DNA of 64,000 nucleotides from Alphaproteobacteria bacterium (GTDB lineage: Bacteria; Pseudomonadota; Alphaproteobacteria; GM7ARS4; G965262615): positions 1,088,001 to 1,152,000 of the forward strand of contig OZ253545.1 of assembly GCA_965262615.1 (NCBI GenBank), read 5' to 3'. The translations under genes and the position numbers were made by a program. Within the stretch, counting starts at the first letter, position 1, and each line of letters begins with the position of its first letter. The notes under the pieces are model-generated. The model was not told where the DNA came from, searched no databases, and was given only the letters and a program-made list of their open reading frames with translations. Shown here piece after piece: positions 9,679 through 20,556 of the stretch.

Positions 9679-10854
9679 TTATGATGGATTGATTGCATTG
9701 TTGTCAATAAGTCCCATCAGTTTTTGCGTGATGGCGCGGCTGTGCTGGTCTTGTTTTTCCACATCATCCCATGAAGAGACATTGTGATAATCCCCTTCCT
9801 CCAGCACCTCTCCCACCAATTGGGTGATGCGAGGAAAGGCAATGCGCTTGTCTAAAAATGCGGCAACGGCGACCTCATTGGCGGCATTAAAGGCGATGCT
9901 TGCGCCGTTGCCCGCACGATAGGCTTGGCGCGCCATTGATAAGGAGGGAAAGCGTTTGTCATCGGGCGGCATGAATTCAAGAGACAGAGGCTGAGTGAAA
10001 TCAAGAGGAGCAACGGCGGTTTTCATGCGCTGTGGATACGAAAGGGCATAGGCAATGGGGGTGCGCATGTCAGCCGTTCCCATGTGCGCCAGAACCGAGC
10101 CATCCACATAGCGCACCGCCGAATGAACAATGGATTGCGGATGAATGACAACCTCAACGCACGATTCATCCAGTGCAAACAGGTGACATGCCTCAATGAG
10201 TTCCAGTGCTTTGTTCATCATGGTGGCGGAATCCACCGATATTTTTGCTCCCATGTCCCAGTTGGGGTGACGCACCGCCTGTTCAGGAGTGATGTCATTG
10301 AGTTGGTCAAGAGGATGATGCAAAAACGCGCCTCCCGATGCGGTGAGAATCACCGAAGCGATGGCGGTGCGTTGGTGTTCATCAAAGAGCTGAAAAATTG
10401 CGCTGTGTTCGGAATCCACAGGGACGATGCGGCATTGGTGCTGGCGTGCCATGTCCATGACCAGTGCTCCCGCCGCCACAAGGGTTTCCTTGTTTGCCAA
10501 GCCCACAATGGGACACTGTTTGAGAGCCGCCTCCACTGGACGCAATGCCGCAATGCCGAGAATGGCGACAATGACGCAATCAGATGGCATCGCGGCGGCA
10601 TCAATGATGGCTTGTTGCCCCGCCGCCGCCTGCACATCAGAGTCTTGCAGCTGGTTTTTGAGCTCATCATACAAGGATTCATCACCAATAACAGCCACTT
10701 GCGCCTTATGGTGGCGAGCGGCGCGTGCCAAATCGGTGACATTATGCTGTGCCGTCAGTGCCACGATGCTGTAGTCATCGGGATGCCCCGCCACCACATC
10801 AAGGGTGCTTGTGCCGATAGAGCCCGTTGCCCCAAGAATTGTCACACGCCGCAT
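9679..10854 (-). CDS. dxr: 1-deoxy-D-xylulose-5-phosphate reductoisomerase
   Basis: ILGATGSIG, LANKE, PVDSEH, HPNWDMGAKIS; start MRRVTIL at 10854. Confidence 0.96.
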   Translation of the reverse strand: MRRVTILGATGSIGTSTLDVVAGHPDDYSIVALTAQHNVTDLARAARHHKAQVAVIGDESLYDELKNQLQDSDVQAAAGQQAIIDAAAMPSDCVIVAILGIAALRPVEAALKQCPIVGLANKETLVAAGALVMDMARQHQCRIVPVDSEHSAIFQLFDEHQRTAIASVILTASGGAFLHHPLDQLNDITPEQAVRHPNWDMGAKISVDSATMMNKALELIEACHLFALDESCVEVVIHPQSIVHSAVRYVDGSVLAHMGTADMRTPIAYALSYPQRMKTAVAPLDFTQPLSLEFMPPDDKRFPSLSMARQAYRAGNGASIAFNAANEVAVAAFLDKRIAFPRITQLVGEVLEEGDYHNVSSWDDVEKQDQHSRAITQKLMGLIDNNAINPS

Positions 10855-11468
10855 GCAAGCCTCCCCTGCCCTGCCATCATGACCGATGCCGTGACGGCAA
10901 CCATCAGCATGGCATCCATGCGATCCAGCAAGCCGCCATGCCCCCTTATCCATGTGCCACTGTCTTTGACATGGGCGACGCGTTTTGCCCACGATTCCAA
11001 CGCATCGCCGCCAACGCATGCCATCAAAAGAACAGGCAGCTGTGCCATCATCACATCATCCATGCCCCATAATGAACTCATCAGCAACACCGCCGCTATT
11101 CCGCAGCTCAAGCCCTCCCAAGTCTTGTGAGGACTCACCCGTGCCATCAGTGGTGTCATGCCGAGCCACCTGCCGCCCAGCCAGCAGAAACTGTCAAAAA
11201 TCACCACCAATGACAAGAGCCACACCACATAAAGAAACGGTGCACAAAAAACCAGCAGTGCCACACAGGCAAAACTCAATGACAGAATCAGCATTCCCAT
11301 CAATATGCCTCGTTCAGAAAAAGACGCATTCGCCATGCGCCACCATTCATAAAGAGCAGTGACCCACAGCACCACCACCATGCCGCTCATCCACAGCGCG
11401 CCCAGCCACACCACCCATGCAACCAGTGCCAGAAAAATCCCCGCCGAGACGATTCGCTCAAAGACCAT
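10842..11468 (-). CDS. cdsA: phosphatidate cytidylyltransferase
   Basis: SPHKTWEG, KDSG..IRGHGGLLDRMD; hydrophobic. Confidence 0.92.
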   Translation of the reverse strand: MVFERIVSAGIFLALVAWVVWLGALWMSGMVVVLWVTALYEWWRMANASFSERGILMGMLILSLSFACVALLVFCAPFLYVVWLLSLVVIFDSFCWLGGRWLGMTPLMARVSPHKTWEGLSCGIAAVLLMSSLWGMDDVMMAQLPVLLMACVGGDALESWAKRVAHVKDSGTWIRGHGGLLDRMDAMLMVAVTASVMMAGQGRLACGV

Positions 11469-12186
11469 AGCGACGCTCCCTATGGACAAAATGATTCACC
11501 GCCGCGCGCAAATCATCACCCGTAAAATCGGGCCATAAACGCTCGCAAAAATAAAACTCACTGTAGGCACTCTCCCACAGCAGAAAATTAGACAGACGCA
11601 ATTCACCAGAGGTGCGAATGAGCAAATCCAGCGGCGGCAAAAAATGAGTTTGCAAATTCTCTGCAATGCGTTCAGGGGTGATGTCCTCAATCGTGCATTG
11701 TCCGTCTTTGAGGGCGCGCGCTATTTTTTGCACAGCCATCGTGATGTCTTGGCGCGCGCCATAACTCAAAGCAATGGTGAGGGTGAGATTTGTCCCCCCA
11801 GCACTTTTTTTCTCGCAATCGCTAATGTTATGGCGAATGTGGTCAGGCAATAGAGCGCGCTCGCCAATCACTTTGAGGGCGATGGATTTCTCGCACAGCT
11901 CATCCACCTTGTCTTTCAGGTAGCCATCCAGCAGATTCATCAAAGCGGAGACTTCTTGCTGCGGGCGATTCCAATTTTCACTGCTAAAGCCAAACACGGT
12001 GAGATAGGGAATGGCAAGCGTGACGGCTTCATTGATGACCTTTTGCAACGCCTCGCCTCCGCGCCGATGCCCTTCAATGACTGGCAGATGCTGCTGCTCC
12101 GCCCATCGCTTGTTGCCATCCATGATGATTGCCACATGGCGTGGCATTGATGTGGGTTTGCTTGCCACCGCTGCCGCAGAATTCAT
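11458..12186 (-). CDS. uppS: undecaprenyl diphosphate synthase
   Basis: HVAIIMDGN, FSSENW, RTSGELRLSNFLLW. Confidence 0.96.
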   Translation of the reverse strand: MNSAAAVASKPTSMPRHVAIIMDGNKRWAEQQHLPVIEGHRRGGEALQKVINEAVTLAIPYLTVFGFSSENWNRPQQEVSALMNLLDGYLKDKVDELCEKSIALKVIGERALLPDHIRHNISDCEKKSAGGTNLTLTIALSYGARQDITMAVQKIARALKDGQCTIEDITPERIAENLQTHFLPPLDLLIRTSGELRLSNFLLWESAYSEFYFCERLWPDFTGDDLRAAVNHFVHRERRYGL

Positions 12187-12743
12187 CCCATAGAGAGGAT
12201 ATCGGCTTGTTTCTTTTTGAAAGAATCATCCACGGCGGCAATATGAGCATCGGTGATTTTTTGTGCATCGTTGGATGCTTTTTTGAGGTCATCTTCGGAA
12301 ATGTCGCCATTTTTTTGCATTTTTTTCAGATGATCCAACACATCCCGTCTCACATTGCGAATGGCAATGCGTGCATCTTCGGCATAGCGCGCCGCCACTT
12401 TTGCCAGTTCTTCGCGTCTTTCTTTGGAAAGCTCAGGCAAAGGCACGCGAATGAGCGCGCCGTCACGCATGGGATTGAGTCCCAGATTGGACTCACGAAT
12501 GGCTTTTTCCGTGGCATCCGCCTGTGAGGCATCCCACACCTGCACCGTCAAAGTGCGAGCATCAGACACCGACACGGTTGCCAATTGGTGCAAAGGCATC
12601 AGCGTGCCATAGGCATTGACCTTGATGGGCTCCAGCAAGGTGGGTGATGCTCTGCCCGTGCGCAAGCCGCTGTATTCATGGTGCAGCCACTCCACCGACT
12701 TATCCATGCGTTTTTGTTCATCTTTGAGGTAGTTCTCAATCAT
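12183..12743 (-). CDS. frr: ribosome recycling factor
   Basis: LRTGRA, RIAIRNVRRD; start MIENY at 12743. Confidence 0.96.
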   Translation of the reverse strand: MIENYLKDEQKRMDKSVEWLHHEYSGLRTGRASPTLLEPIKVNAYGTLMPLHQLATVSVSDARTLTVQVWDASQADATEKAIRESNLGLNPMRDGALIRVPLPELSKERREELAKVAARYAEDARIAIRNVRRDVLDHLKKMQKNGDISEDDLKKASNDAQKITDAHIAAVDDSFKKKQADILSMG

Positions 12744-13452
12744 GCTCCCCTTCCTTTCCAATGGTGGTACAAATGCTGTCGTCTTGCAAGAGGTTTTTGA
12801 GTCCTCCCTCCATTTTGCCAATCATGATGGGCAGTTTGTGTTCTCGTGCCAGAGCAATCGCCACGCCATCCATCACCCGCAAGTCTTTCTTCAGCACTTC
12901 TTCATAGGACAGGTGCTCATATCGTGTTGCATCATGATGAGTCAGAGGGTCTTTGTCATAGACACCATCCACCTTGGTGGCTTTATAGAGGAGGTCGCAT
13001 TTCATCTCAATGGCGCGTAAAGCAGCGGCGGAATCGGTGGTGAAGAACGGATTGCTGGTGCCGCCTGCCACAATCACGATATCGCCGCGCTCTAAATAAT
13101 TCAGGGCACGCGCCAGCACATAAGATTCACACACCGGCGGCATGGCAATCGCCGACATCACCCGCACCCCAAGCCCATGAGCGCGCAACACCGATGCCAC
13201 ATACAGACTGTTGATGACGGTCGCCAGCATTCCCATCATATCGGCATCGCTGTGTTCCAATCCTGATGCTTTGGCATCCTTGCCTCGCAGAATGTTACCG
13301 CCGCCCACCACCATCGCCAATTGTTTGCCGTGCTTCATCACCGCGGCAATATCAACGGCAATATTTTCTAAAATTGGATGACTCACAAGGTGGTCGTGGT
13401 CTGCCAAAGCCTCGCCCGATAGTTTGAGCAAGATGCGATGTGTTTTCTTCAC
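12736..13452 (-). CDS. pyrH: UMP kinase
   Basis: LLKLSGEAL, VGGGN, PFFTTD, DGVYDKDP. Confidence 0.96.
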   Translation of the reverse strand: MKKTHRILLKLSGEALADHDHLVSHPILENIAVDIAAVMKHGKQLAMVVGGGNILRGKDAKASGLEHSDADMMGMLATVINSLYVASVLRAHGLGVRVMSAIAMPPVCESYVLARALNYLERGDIVIVAGGTSNPFFTTDSAAALRAIEMKCDLLYKATKVDGVYDKDPLTHHDATRYEHLSYEEVLKKDLRVMDGVAIALAREHKLPIMIGKMEGGLKNLLQDDSICTTIGKEGEHD

Positions 13453-14318
13453 GAATCACCCACAGCCAGACGGCAATAGTCGGTCACCATGACCGTGCCG
13501 CCGTTTTGGTCTGATAACTGCTGCAACAACTGTTCAATGGTGAGGGAATCATCCATGATGAAGGATTGCTCCATCAGCACCACTTCTTTTTGCCATTTTT
13601 CGATTCCGCCCGTGATCATTTTCTCCACAATGGCGGCATCTTTTCCCGACTGGTTGGCGCGCTCACTGATGATGTCTTTTTCGCGCGCCACAATGTCGGC
13701 AGGCAGTTCATCACTGGTGCGCGCCAGTGGATTCATGGCGGCGATGTGCATGGCAATCTGTTTTGCCGCAAGATTCAATTCGTCAGAGGGTTTGGGACAT
13801 TGCAACGCCACCATCACGCCGATGCGTCCCAAGCCATCACCGGCAACAGTGTGCAAGTAACGACCCAAAACAGACGGCGCAGTCAGACACCGCACCTCGC
13901 CTAACGATATATTCTCGCCAATCGCCGCCGACAGCTCCAGAATATGGTCACTGACGGGTTTATCGTCCATCTGTGCCTCAAGCAGCGCGGCATCATCCAC
14001 CCCCTCCCCCATACCGAGAGCATGGCGAGCCAGTGCGCGCGCTTTTTCTTGAAATAAATCATTGCGCGCCACAAAGTCGGTCTCAGAGCGCACATGCAAC
14101 AATAATCCTGTTTGCTGGTTTGTTTCCAGAGCAATCAATCCCTCATGCGCGCTTCTGTCCGACTTCGCCGCCGCTTTGGCAATGCCCTTTTTGCGTAGCC
14201 AATCCACCGCCGCTTCGGGATTGCCGTCATTTTCCGCAAGAGCCTTCTTGCAGTCCATCATGCCAGCACCGGTCATCTTGCGCAGTGCCTGCACCTGTGA
14301 TGCCGTAATCGCCGTCAT
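13449..14318 (-). CDS. tsf: elongation factor Ts
   Basis: [23 protein letters not shown]. Confidence 0.97.
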   Translation of the reverse strand: MTAITASQVQALRKMTGAGMMDCKKALAENDGNPEAAVDWLRKKGIAKAAAKSDRSAHEGLIALETNQQTGLLLHVRSETDFVARNDLFQEKARALARHALGMGEGVDDAALLEAQMDDKPVSDHILELSAAIGENISLGEVRCLTAPSVLGRYLHTVAGDGLGRIGVMVALQCPKPSDELNLAAKQIAMHIAAMNPLARTSDELPADIVAREKDIISERANQSGKDAAIVEKMITGGIEKWQKEVVLMEQSFIMDDSLTIEQLLQQLSDQNGGTVMVTDYCRLAVGDS

Positions 14319-15124
14319 GGTGACTTTTTGGCAGCTTCGGTTTTGGCGGTCTCTGTCGTCTTTTTTTCCTCACCTCTTCGCGGCTTTGCTTTGAGAATCT
14401 CCGCAACAGAATCAGTGTCACCTTTTGCTTGTTCGGCTTGTCTCATGCCATCTAAAATGGCATTCGCCGCCAAAGAACAATACAGACGAATGGACTTGAT
14501 GGAATCATCATTGCCCGGAATGGGATAGTCAATCAAGGCTGGGTCGGCATTGCTGTCCACCACGGCAATCACGGGAATTTTCAACTTGCGAGCTTCCTGC
14601 ACCGCAATGGCTTCCTTGACCGAATCCATAATAAACAACGCATCAGGCAAACCTCCCATGTTCTTGATGCCCCCCAGTGCCAGTTCCAGCTTGTTGTGTT
14701 CACGAGTCATGTGCAGAAGTTCTTTTTTGGTCTGCCATTGTTCCTTGTTGTTGATGGTTTCTTCCAATTGGTGCAAGCGTTTGATGGAACGAGAGACAGT
14801 CTTCCAGTTGGTTAAAATTCCTCCCAGCCAGCGATGATTGATATAAGGCTGACCACAACTTTGAGCCGCCTCAGTGAGAGGCTGTGAGGCATGGCGTTTT
14901 GTGCCCACAAATAAAATACGCCCCCCTCGCCGAGCCACCTCCCGCAGCTGGGTCAATGCTTCGTGCAGCATGGGAACGGTGGACTCCAAATTGATGATGT
15001 GAATCTGATCCCGCATGCCATAGAGAAACGGACGCATACGCGGATTCCATCGCCGCACATGATGCCCGAAATGCACCCCAGCCTCCAGCAGCTGACGCAT
15101 GGTAAAGAGCCGTTTATCGCTCAT
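14315..15124 (-). CDS. rpsB: 30S ribosomal protein S2
   Basis: [24 protein letters not shown]. Confidence 0.97.
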   Translation of the reverse strand: MSDKRLFTMRQLLEAGVHFGHHVRRWNPRMRPFLYGMRDQIHIINLESTVPMLHEALTQLREVARRGGRILFVGTKRHASQPLTEAAQSCGQPYINHRWLGGILTNWKTVSRSIKRLHQLEETINNKEQWQTKKELLHMTREHNKLELALGGIKNMGGLPDALFIMDSVKEAIAVQEARKLKIPVIAVVDSNADPALIDYPIPGNDDSIKSIRLYCSLAANAILDGMRQAEQAKGDTDSVAEILKAKPRRGEEKKTTETAKTEAAKKSP

Positions 15125-15139
15125 GAAAATAGCCTCTCG

Positions 15140-15304
15140 TCATTCCTCTAAAAGCTCAAAATCTTCTTTGCGCACACCGCACTGAGGACATTCCCAATCA
15201 TCGGGAATGTCTTCAAAGGCTGTCCCAGGGGGAATGCCGCCATCAGGGTCGCCCTCGGCGGGGTCATAGATAAAACCGCAGACTTTACAGATATATTTTT
15301 GCAT
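15140..15304 (-). CDS. rubredoxin
   Basis: [14 protein letters not shown]...[10 protein letters not shown], two CxxCG motifs, 54 aa. Confidence 0.93.
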   Translation of the reverse strand: MQKYICKVCGFIYDPAEGDPDGGIPPGTAFEDIPDDWECPQCGVRKEDFELLEE

Positions 15305-15409
15305 CGCATTCTCCATCGTATCACTGGCTTGGCTTTGCCATATTTTCATGCGTCTTGCAAGGGGCTTAATACTTGCAGAAGACAGGTATTTTTAGTAATA
15401 GTGTCAACC

Positions 15410-16222
15410 ATGAGTTCTGGCTCACATCTTATGAGTGGGAAAAAAGGTCTCGTGCTCGGAGTCGCCAACGACATGTCCATCGCATGGGCAATCGCACAAG
15501 CGGCTGCCGACGCGGGAGCTGGGCTGGCTTTTAACTATCAGGGGGGCGCTCTCAAAAAACGCGTGATGCCTCTGGCTCAAAAAGTGGGCGCGTCCATTGT
15601 GTTGCCCTGTGATGTGGAAGACGAGGCAGAGCTCAATCAGCTCTTTGATGCCATTGATTCTGAATGGGGAGAATTGGATTTTATCATTCACTCCTTGGCG
15701 TGGGCGAATAAGGATAACCTCAAGGGACGCTTCATGGATGTGGGACGAGATGACTTTCTGCGCTCCATGTCCATTTCGTGCTATTCCCTCATTGATATTG
15801 CGCGACGCGCTCTTCCTTTGATGAGCAAAGGCGGTAGCATCGTCACCATGAGCTATTATGGAGCGGAGAAGGTGATGCCTCATTACAATGTGATGGGCGT
15901 TGCCAAAGCGTCATTGGAGACCACGGTGCGCTATCTTGCCGCCGATTTAGGCAGCGAGCAAATCAGAGTCAATGCCCTGTCGGCGGGACCACTCAAAACC
16001 CTTGCCGCCTCTGCCATCGGCGATTTTCGCTACATCTTCAAATGGAATCAACACAATTCGCCTCTCAGACGCAACATCACTCAGCAAGATGTCGCTGGGG
16101 CGGGATTGTATCTCATCAGCGATCTTTCATCGGGCGTGACGGGAGAGGTGCATCATGTGGATTGCGGCTATCATGTGGTGGGAATGAAAAATGTTGATGC
16201 CCCCGACATCGCCATCGTTTGA
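15410..16222 (+). CDS. fabI: enoyl-ACP reductase
   Basis: GVANDMSIAW, YNVMGVAKA, AGPLKTLAA; start 15410 or 15431. Confidence 0.95.
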   Translation: MSSGSHLMSGKKGLVLGVANDMSIAWAIAQAAADAGAGLAFNYQGGALKKRVMPLAQKVGASIVLPCDVEDEAELNQLFDAIDSEWGELDFIIHSLAWANKDNLKGRFMDVGRDDFLRSMSISCYSLIDIARRALPLMSKGGSIVTMSYYGAEKVMPHYNVMGVAKASLETTVRYLAADLGSEQIRVNALSAGPLKTLAASAIGDFRYIFKWNQHNSPLRRNITQQDVAGAGLYLISDLSSGVTGEVHHVDCGYHVVGMKNVDAPDIAIV

Positions 16223-16238
16223 TGAAAGCGAGCATTCA

Positions 16239-17312
16239 ATGAACTTCACAGGACGCATTCTCACCATGATGACATGGGGGGAGAGTCATGGCGAAGCAAT
16301 CGGGTGCGTGTTGGATGGCGTGCCGGCAGGCATTCCATTACAAGAAGACCATATTCAACCATTTTTGGATGAACGAAAGCCCGCCAGCTCTCGCCATGTG
16401 ACGCAACGCAAGGAAGCCGATCGCGTCACCATTTTATCGGGCGTGTACCGAGATCACACCACCGCCGCCCCCATCATGATGATGATTGCCAACACAGATG
16501 CCCGCTCCAAAGATTATGATGCCATCAAAAACAGCTATCGCCCCGGTCATGCCGATATGACCTATGACATCAAATACGGCGGCTATCATGACCCTCGTGG
16601 CAGTGGGCGAGCCTCGGCTCGAGAGACCGCCGCCCGGGTTGCCGCAGGAGCCGTGGCGCGCCGCATCATGAACCAAGTCACCATTGAAGGCGCGCTCATT
16701 CAGCTGGGTAGCCTCGCCATTGACCGCCAGCGCGTTGATTGGCGCGCCGCCCGTAGCAATCCTCTTTTTTGTCCTCAATCCGATATGCTTCCCTCATGGG
16801 AACAATTGCTTGATGACACCCGCAAAGACGGCAATTCCATCGGTGGGGTGGCGGAAATTCACGCCTCAGGCGTTCCCGCAGGATGGGGTGAGCCTGTGTA
16901 TGGCAAGCTGGATGCTCTGCTCGCCGCCGCCATCATGTCAATTCCCGCCGTCAAAAGCGTGGAAATCGGCGCAGGGATTCAATCCGCCGCCATGACCGGT
17001 GACCAGTATGCCGATGTCATGAAGCCTTCCAAAAACGCCATTCAATTTGCGAGCAACAACAACGGCGGCATTTTGGGCGGCATCAGCACGGGGCAGAATA
17101 TTGTGGTGCGCTATGCCGTCAAACCCACCAGTTCCATTCGCAAAACCCTTGACACCGTGACCCGTGAGGGTAAAGCCACCACCATTCAAACCAAAGGCAG
17201 ACATGACCCGTGTGTCGCCATTCGCTCCGTGCCCATTGCCGAGGCCATGATGGCACTCACCCTCGCCGATGCCATGCTGCTGCACAGAGCCAGAAAAGGA
17301 GACGCGCCATGA
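16239..17312 (+). CDS. aroC: chorismate synthase
   Basis: GESHG, RPGHAD, RASARETA, GRHDPC. Confidence 0.96.
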   Translation: MNFTGRILTMMTWGESHGEAIGCVLDGVPAGIPLQEDHIQPFLDERKPASSRHVTQRKEADRVTILSGVYRDHTTAAPIMMMIANTDARSKDYDAIKNSYRPGHADMTYDIKYGGYHDPRGSGRASARETAARVAAGAVARRIMNQVTIEGALIQLGSLAIDRQRVDWRAARSNPLFCPQSDMLPSWEQLLDDTRKDGNSIGGVAEIHASGVPAGWGEPVYGKLDALLAAAIMSIPAVKSVEIGAGIQSAAMTGDQYADVMKPSKNAIQFASNNNGGILGGISTGQNIVVRYAVKPTSSIRKTLDTVTREGKATTIQTKGRHDPCVAIRSVPIAEAMMALTLADAMLLHRARKGDAP

Positions 17313-17923
17313 TGAATACTTCCGTTTTTGATCTCGCCGTTTGCATGCTACTGGGATTTTCCTGTCCCGAGCCGCCAATTCTGGAAGTCGCCACCGATGA
17401 ACTCGTCATGCGAGATTGCCGTCATCAAAACAGTCAAAATCGCTCCTCCTTGGCGTATGATGCGGCGGGCAAACGCAATGTGGTGGCGTGGGGAGCGATG
17501 CTTTTTAGTGACAATCCCGTCATCATCAAAGACCATCACGCCACCGCCGCCATGTTCTGGCGGACGGGCAAAGATGTTTCGTGGGCTGTGCCAACCATCA
17601 AATCGGCTGCGGCGCGAGAATGGGATTTTTTTCACCTCACCACCACCAACCATACCATCACTCACGACACGCTTTATGCCATGTCACAGCAGAACTATCA
17701 AATGATGCAAGAGGACATTGCTCAAGTCCCTGAAGAATATCGCAAAAAATCCCAACAAGAGTCCATATCCCCTGCGACTCTCCCCATTTCTCTGACAAAG
17801 GAAATTTCGCAATCATGGCTGTGGTTTACTGAATCTTATCAGCGCGCATCATGTGGCGAACAATTGCAACAAAATGACTACAAAAAGACTTATGAACGGG
17901 ATATTTCTCTCATTGCTCAATAG
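17309..17923 (+). CDS. hypothetical exported protein
   Basis: ATG overlaps the aroC stop; hydrophobic N-terminus with Cys; no family recognised. Confidence 0.55.
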   Translation: MMNTSVFDLAVCMLLGFSCPEPPILEVATDELVMRDCRHQNSQNRSSLAYDAAGKRNVVAWGAMLFSDNPVIIKDHHATAAMFWRTGKDVSWAVPTIKSAAAREWDFFHLTTTNHTITHDTLYAMSQQNYQMMQEDIAQVPEEYRKKSQQESISPATLPISLTKEISQSWLWFTESYQRASCGEQLQQNDYKKTYERDISLIAQ

Positions 17924-19790
17924 AAGCTACCATTTTTTTTATTGGACGGCGGCGGTGCTGGTGTTGGCATCGTGTGGCGGCAGGGGCGCGCCCCTTGATG
18001 GCAGTGGTGGCGGAAGTGTCACAGTGGCTGCGGGACGCGTGGGAGGCACTGCCGCCACAGACCCGAGTCAGGCAACCATCGCCTTTTGCCTTCTTGATGC
18101 CAACGGACAAAACTACTCCCGCACTAAGTATGTTCTTCAGAACGGCACATGCACCGAAATTAATCCTTCTTCTAATGCCAGCTTGGCGAATTTTCAAGGA
18201 CGCATCCCCTATGCCGGACAAATGGCATACAACCTCTCATCAGGTAATACCATCACCTACAACGGCAGAACCCTCTCTCATCCCGAGCGCATCGCAATTA
18301 TTGATTCTACTTTTAACAGTGATATGGCAGCCTCTCTGAGAAGCAATGCCTCCCACGGCGATCGTGTGCGGCGGTATGTCTTGCAGGATAGTTTTTTTTC
18401 TAATGAAACTGCCTTCAATCAAATTGATGTCTGCGCCGCTCAAGATGAAGACGACCCAGAACTGCTAGACGGTAGCAAGATTGTTGCGTGCCGTGACGGA
18501 TTTGGGAACAACAAAATTATCAATACATCCTTTAGCAACATGGGTGATTTCTTTTGCCCTGACGATGCCCGTGACAAAAATTGGATTATTGTCACCGCCG
18601 CGGGCAATACCAGAACGGACACATCCCCTTCTGTCGTGCCCATTGATAATGGCATCAGTCAGTGTGCCAGTGGCTCTAATGAACAACAATGGCGCGCAAG
18701 CGATTGGAATGAGTGGAGAGATAACTACCGTTTGATTATTGTCTCCCAAGCCACAGTGAATGACGATGGCAGTATTAATTTGGAGCAAACCCAGTGCGGT
18801 TATACTCAAGATCGCTGTGTGGTGGCAATCAATTACAATAGAGAAGATGGCGGCAGCAGTTTTTCTGCGCCGCAAGTGAGTGCCATGCTCAGCAATATCT
18901 ACGCCATCTGGAAGCATCTGTGGAAGGATGATGACCCCAACACCAGCAGCGTCAATGAGTCTGACTCGTCCCTTTTGGTGAGGCTGTTATTGGAATGCAC
19001 CACGGGGGGGTATCAGACATCGTTGATACGGCGTCCCATCAACGCAGATGAGATTGGGCAAGGATTGGTCACCTATTTTTGTTTGCTGACAGCTCGGGGT
19101 GAAATCAGCTTGCCCGGTGGCTTTGCCGCTCCTTCCAGTGATGCGGTTGGCGGTTTGATGGTGCGTGATGCTCAGGTGCGAGGTGACTCCATCACCATCT
19201 TTGATTCCTATCGCCGCGATTTTCCCTATGAATTTTCGTCATCGTTTCATGGGGCGACTGCCCTGTGGCGCATTGCCTTGTTGCATGACCATTCCTCATC
19301 CGACCCTGCCTATTTTGCCTCGCATCGCGTCATGAGTGATGGGCGGCGCGTCACATTGATTCATGACCGTGAAGAGGGCAGTGTGTTTGTCAATTATGAT
19401 ACAGGTATTTTGTTGGGAGCAACCTACGGCACACGCGGCGGCAATGATTTTGACGGCTCGGGCATTTTTCAATTACGCCAAAGCATGAAGGGCCATGTGG
19501 GCTATCATCGCTGTCATGGCATCGGTGACAATCACTGTGTTCTGACTCATGCCTCATGGCAGTATCAGAGGGTGCGTGCGCCGTCTCACTCTTTCATTGA
19601 ACACATTGACACCCGCCAAAGCGATTTGGCTGTGGGCTGGCGTTATGAGACGCAGGGAGTCTCGGTGTCGGTTGTGGGCGGCTGGCACTCCCCTCTGCGC
19701 GGCACAATTGACTTGAGAGATGGTTCTCGTTACGCCATAAAAGGACAATGGGAGAGACGCATTGACATCCACACCACCCTCACTTGGTAG
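17874..19790 (+). CDS. S8 subtilisin-like lipoprotein with probable C-terminal beta-barrel
   Basis: Lipobox LASC; IAIIDS (Asp), SHGDRV (His), AAGN (oxyanion Asn), GSSFSAPQVS (Ser); C-terminus ends TLTW; start uncertain. Confidence 0.7.
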   Translation: MTTKRLMNGIFLSLLNRSYHFFYWTAAVLVLASCGGRGAPLDGSGGGSVTVAAGRVGGTAATDPSQATIAFCLLDANGQNYSRTKYVLQNGTCTEINPSSNASLANFQGRIPYAGQMAYNLSSGNTITYNGRTLSHPERIAIIDSTFNSDMAASLRSNASHGDRVRRYVLQDSFFSNETAFNQIDVCAAQDEDDPELLDGSKIVACRDGFGNNKIINTSFSNMGDFFCPDDARDKNWIIVTAAGNTRTDTSPSVVPIDNGISQCASGSNEQQWRASDWNEWRDNYRLIIVSQATVNDDGSINLEQTQCGYTQDRCVVAINYNREDGGSSFSAPQVSAMLSNIYAIWKHLWKDDDPNTSSVNESDSSLLVRLLLECTTGGYQTSLIRRPINADEIGQGLVTYFCLLTARGEISLPGGFAAPSSDAVGGLMVRDAQVRGDSITIFDSYRRDFPYEFSSSFHGATALWRIALLHDHSSSDPAYFASHRVMSDGRRVTLIHDREEGSVFVNYDTGILLGATYGTRGGNDFDGSGIFQLRQSMKGHVGYHRCHGIGDNHCVLTHASWQYQRVRAPSHSFIEHIDTRQSDLAVGWRYETQGVSVSVVGGWHSPLRGTIDLRDGSRYAIKGQWERRIDIHTTLTW

Positions 19791-19800
19791 AATATGAGCC

Positions 19801-20556
19801 ATGACAATCACAACCAGCGAAAAAAAGGAACTGCTAGATATAGGGAAACCCTACTATATGGAACCTCCCTTGCGATTGCTTGAGGATTTTTTGAGTAATT
19901 CAGATAAAAATTATCAAAGTGCGATCAAAGATTCCTTTGATTACATTCACGAATTCATGATTAATGCTGAAGATGAAGTCTACAGCATAATTAATGATAG
20001 AATTGCTCAAGGAATAATAACAGATGCATCCCAAGCAAAAAAAACAATCGCGGGGCATATGTTTTCAAACATGACGCGCTATATCTTCATCAAGAATAAA
20101 GAAGCTGGCAATATTTTTGAAAACACTTTTATCACAACTAAGGCAATAGCAGTCAAAAAATTGGGCGAAGATTTAGTCGTTTATATTGGAGAAGAAACGC
20201 AAAACCCAGACTGCGATATCATCATCTATAATGAAGGGACAAAGAAAATAATGATCCTTTCCCTTAAAACCTCTTTAAGAGAAAGAGCTGGGCAAACCAT
20301 TAAGTGGAAACTTCTTCTTGAAATAGCAACAAGCAAAAATGAAATTAAAAAGAAATATGATATAAGCTATCGCGGTCGGCAGATGCCAATCGTTTGCTTT
20401 GGCACGGTCAATTTTTACAATGAAATTAATCAGCCACAACAAAGAGGGTTGCTTAAATTATTTGATCAATCTTTTATTGCCAAACCGAATATAAAAAGCG
20501 ATATTGTTATAAGCATGTCTGAACTGCCTAATTTTGTCAATGAGAATTTGGGATGA
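19801..20556 (+). CDS. type II restriction endonuclease (BsaWI/Cfr10I-like CCGG-core family)
   Basis: PDCD...SLKTSLRERAGQ motif; AT-rich; coupled to a methyltransferase. Confidence 0.8.
   Translation: MTITTSEKKELLDIGKPYYMEPPLRLLEDFLSNSDKNYQSAIKDSFDYIHEFMINAEDEVYSIINDRIAQGIITDASQAKKTIAGHMFSNMTRYIFIKNKEAGNIFENTFITTKAIAVKKLGEDLVVYIGEETQNPDCDIIIYNEGTKKIMILSLKTSLRERAGQTIKWKLLLEIATSKNEIKKKYDISYRGRQMPIVCFGTVNFYNEINQPQQRGLLKLFDQSFIAKPNIKSDIVISMSELPNFVNENLG

Noticed and set aside
4452-11130. Long plus-strand ORFs (301 aa at 4452, 348 aa at 10084)
   Set aside because: Antisense to lpxD and dxr with no recognisable motifs.
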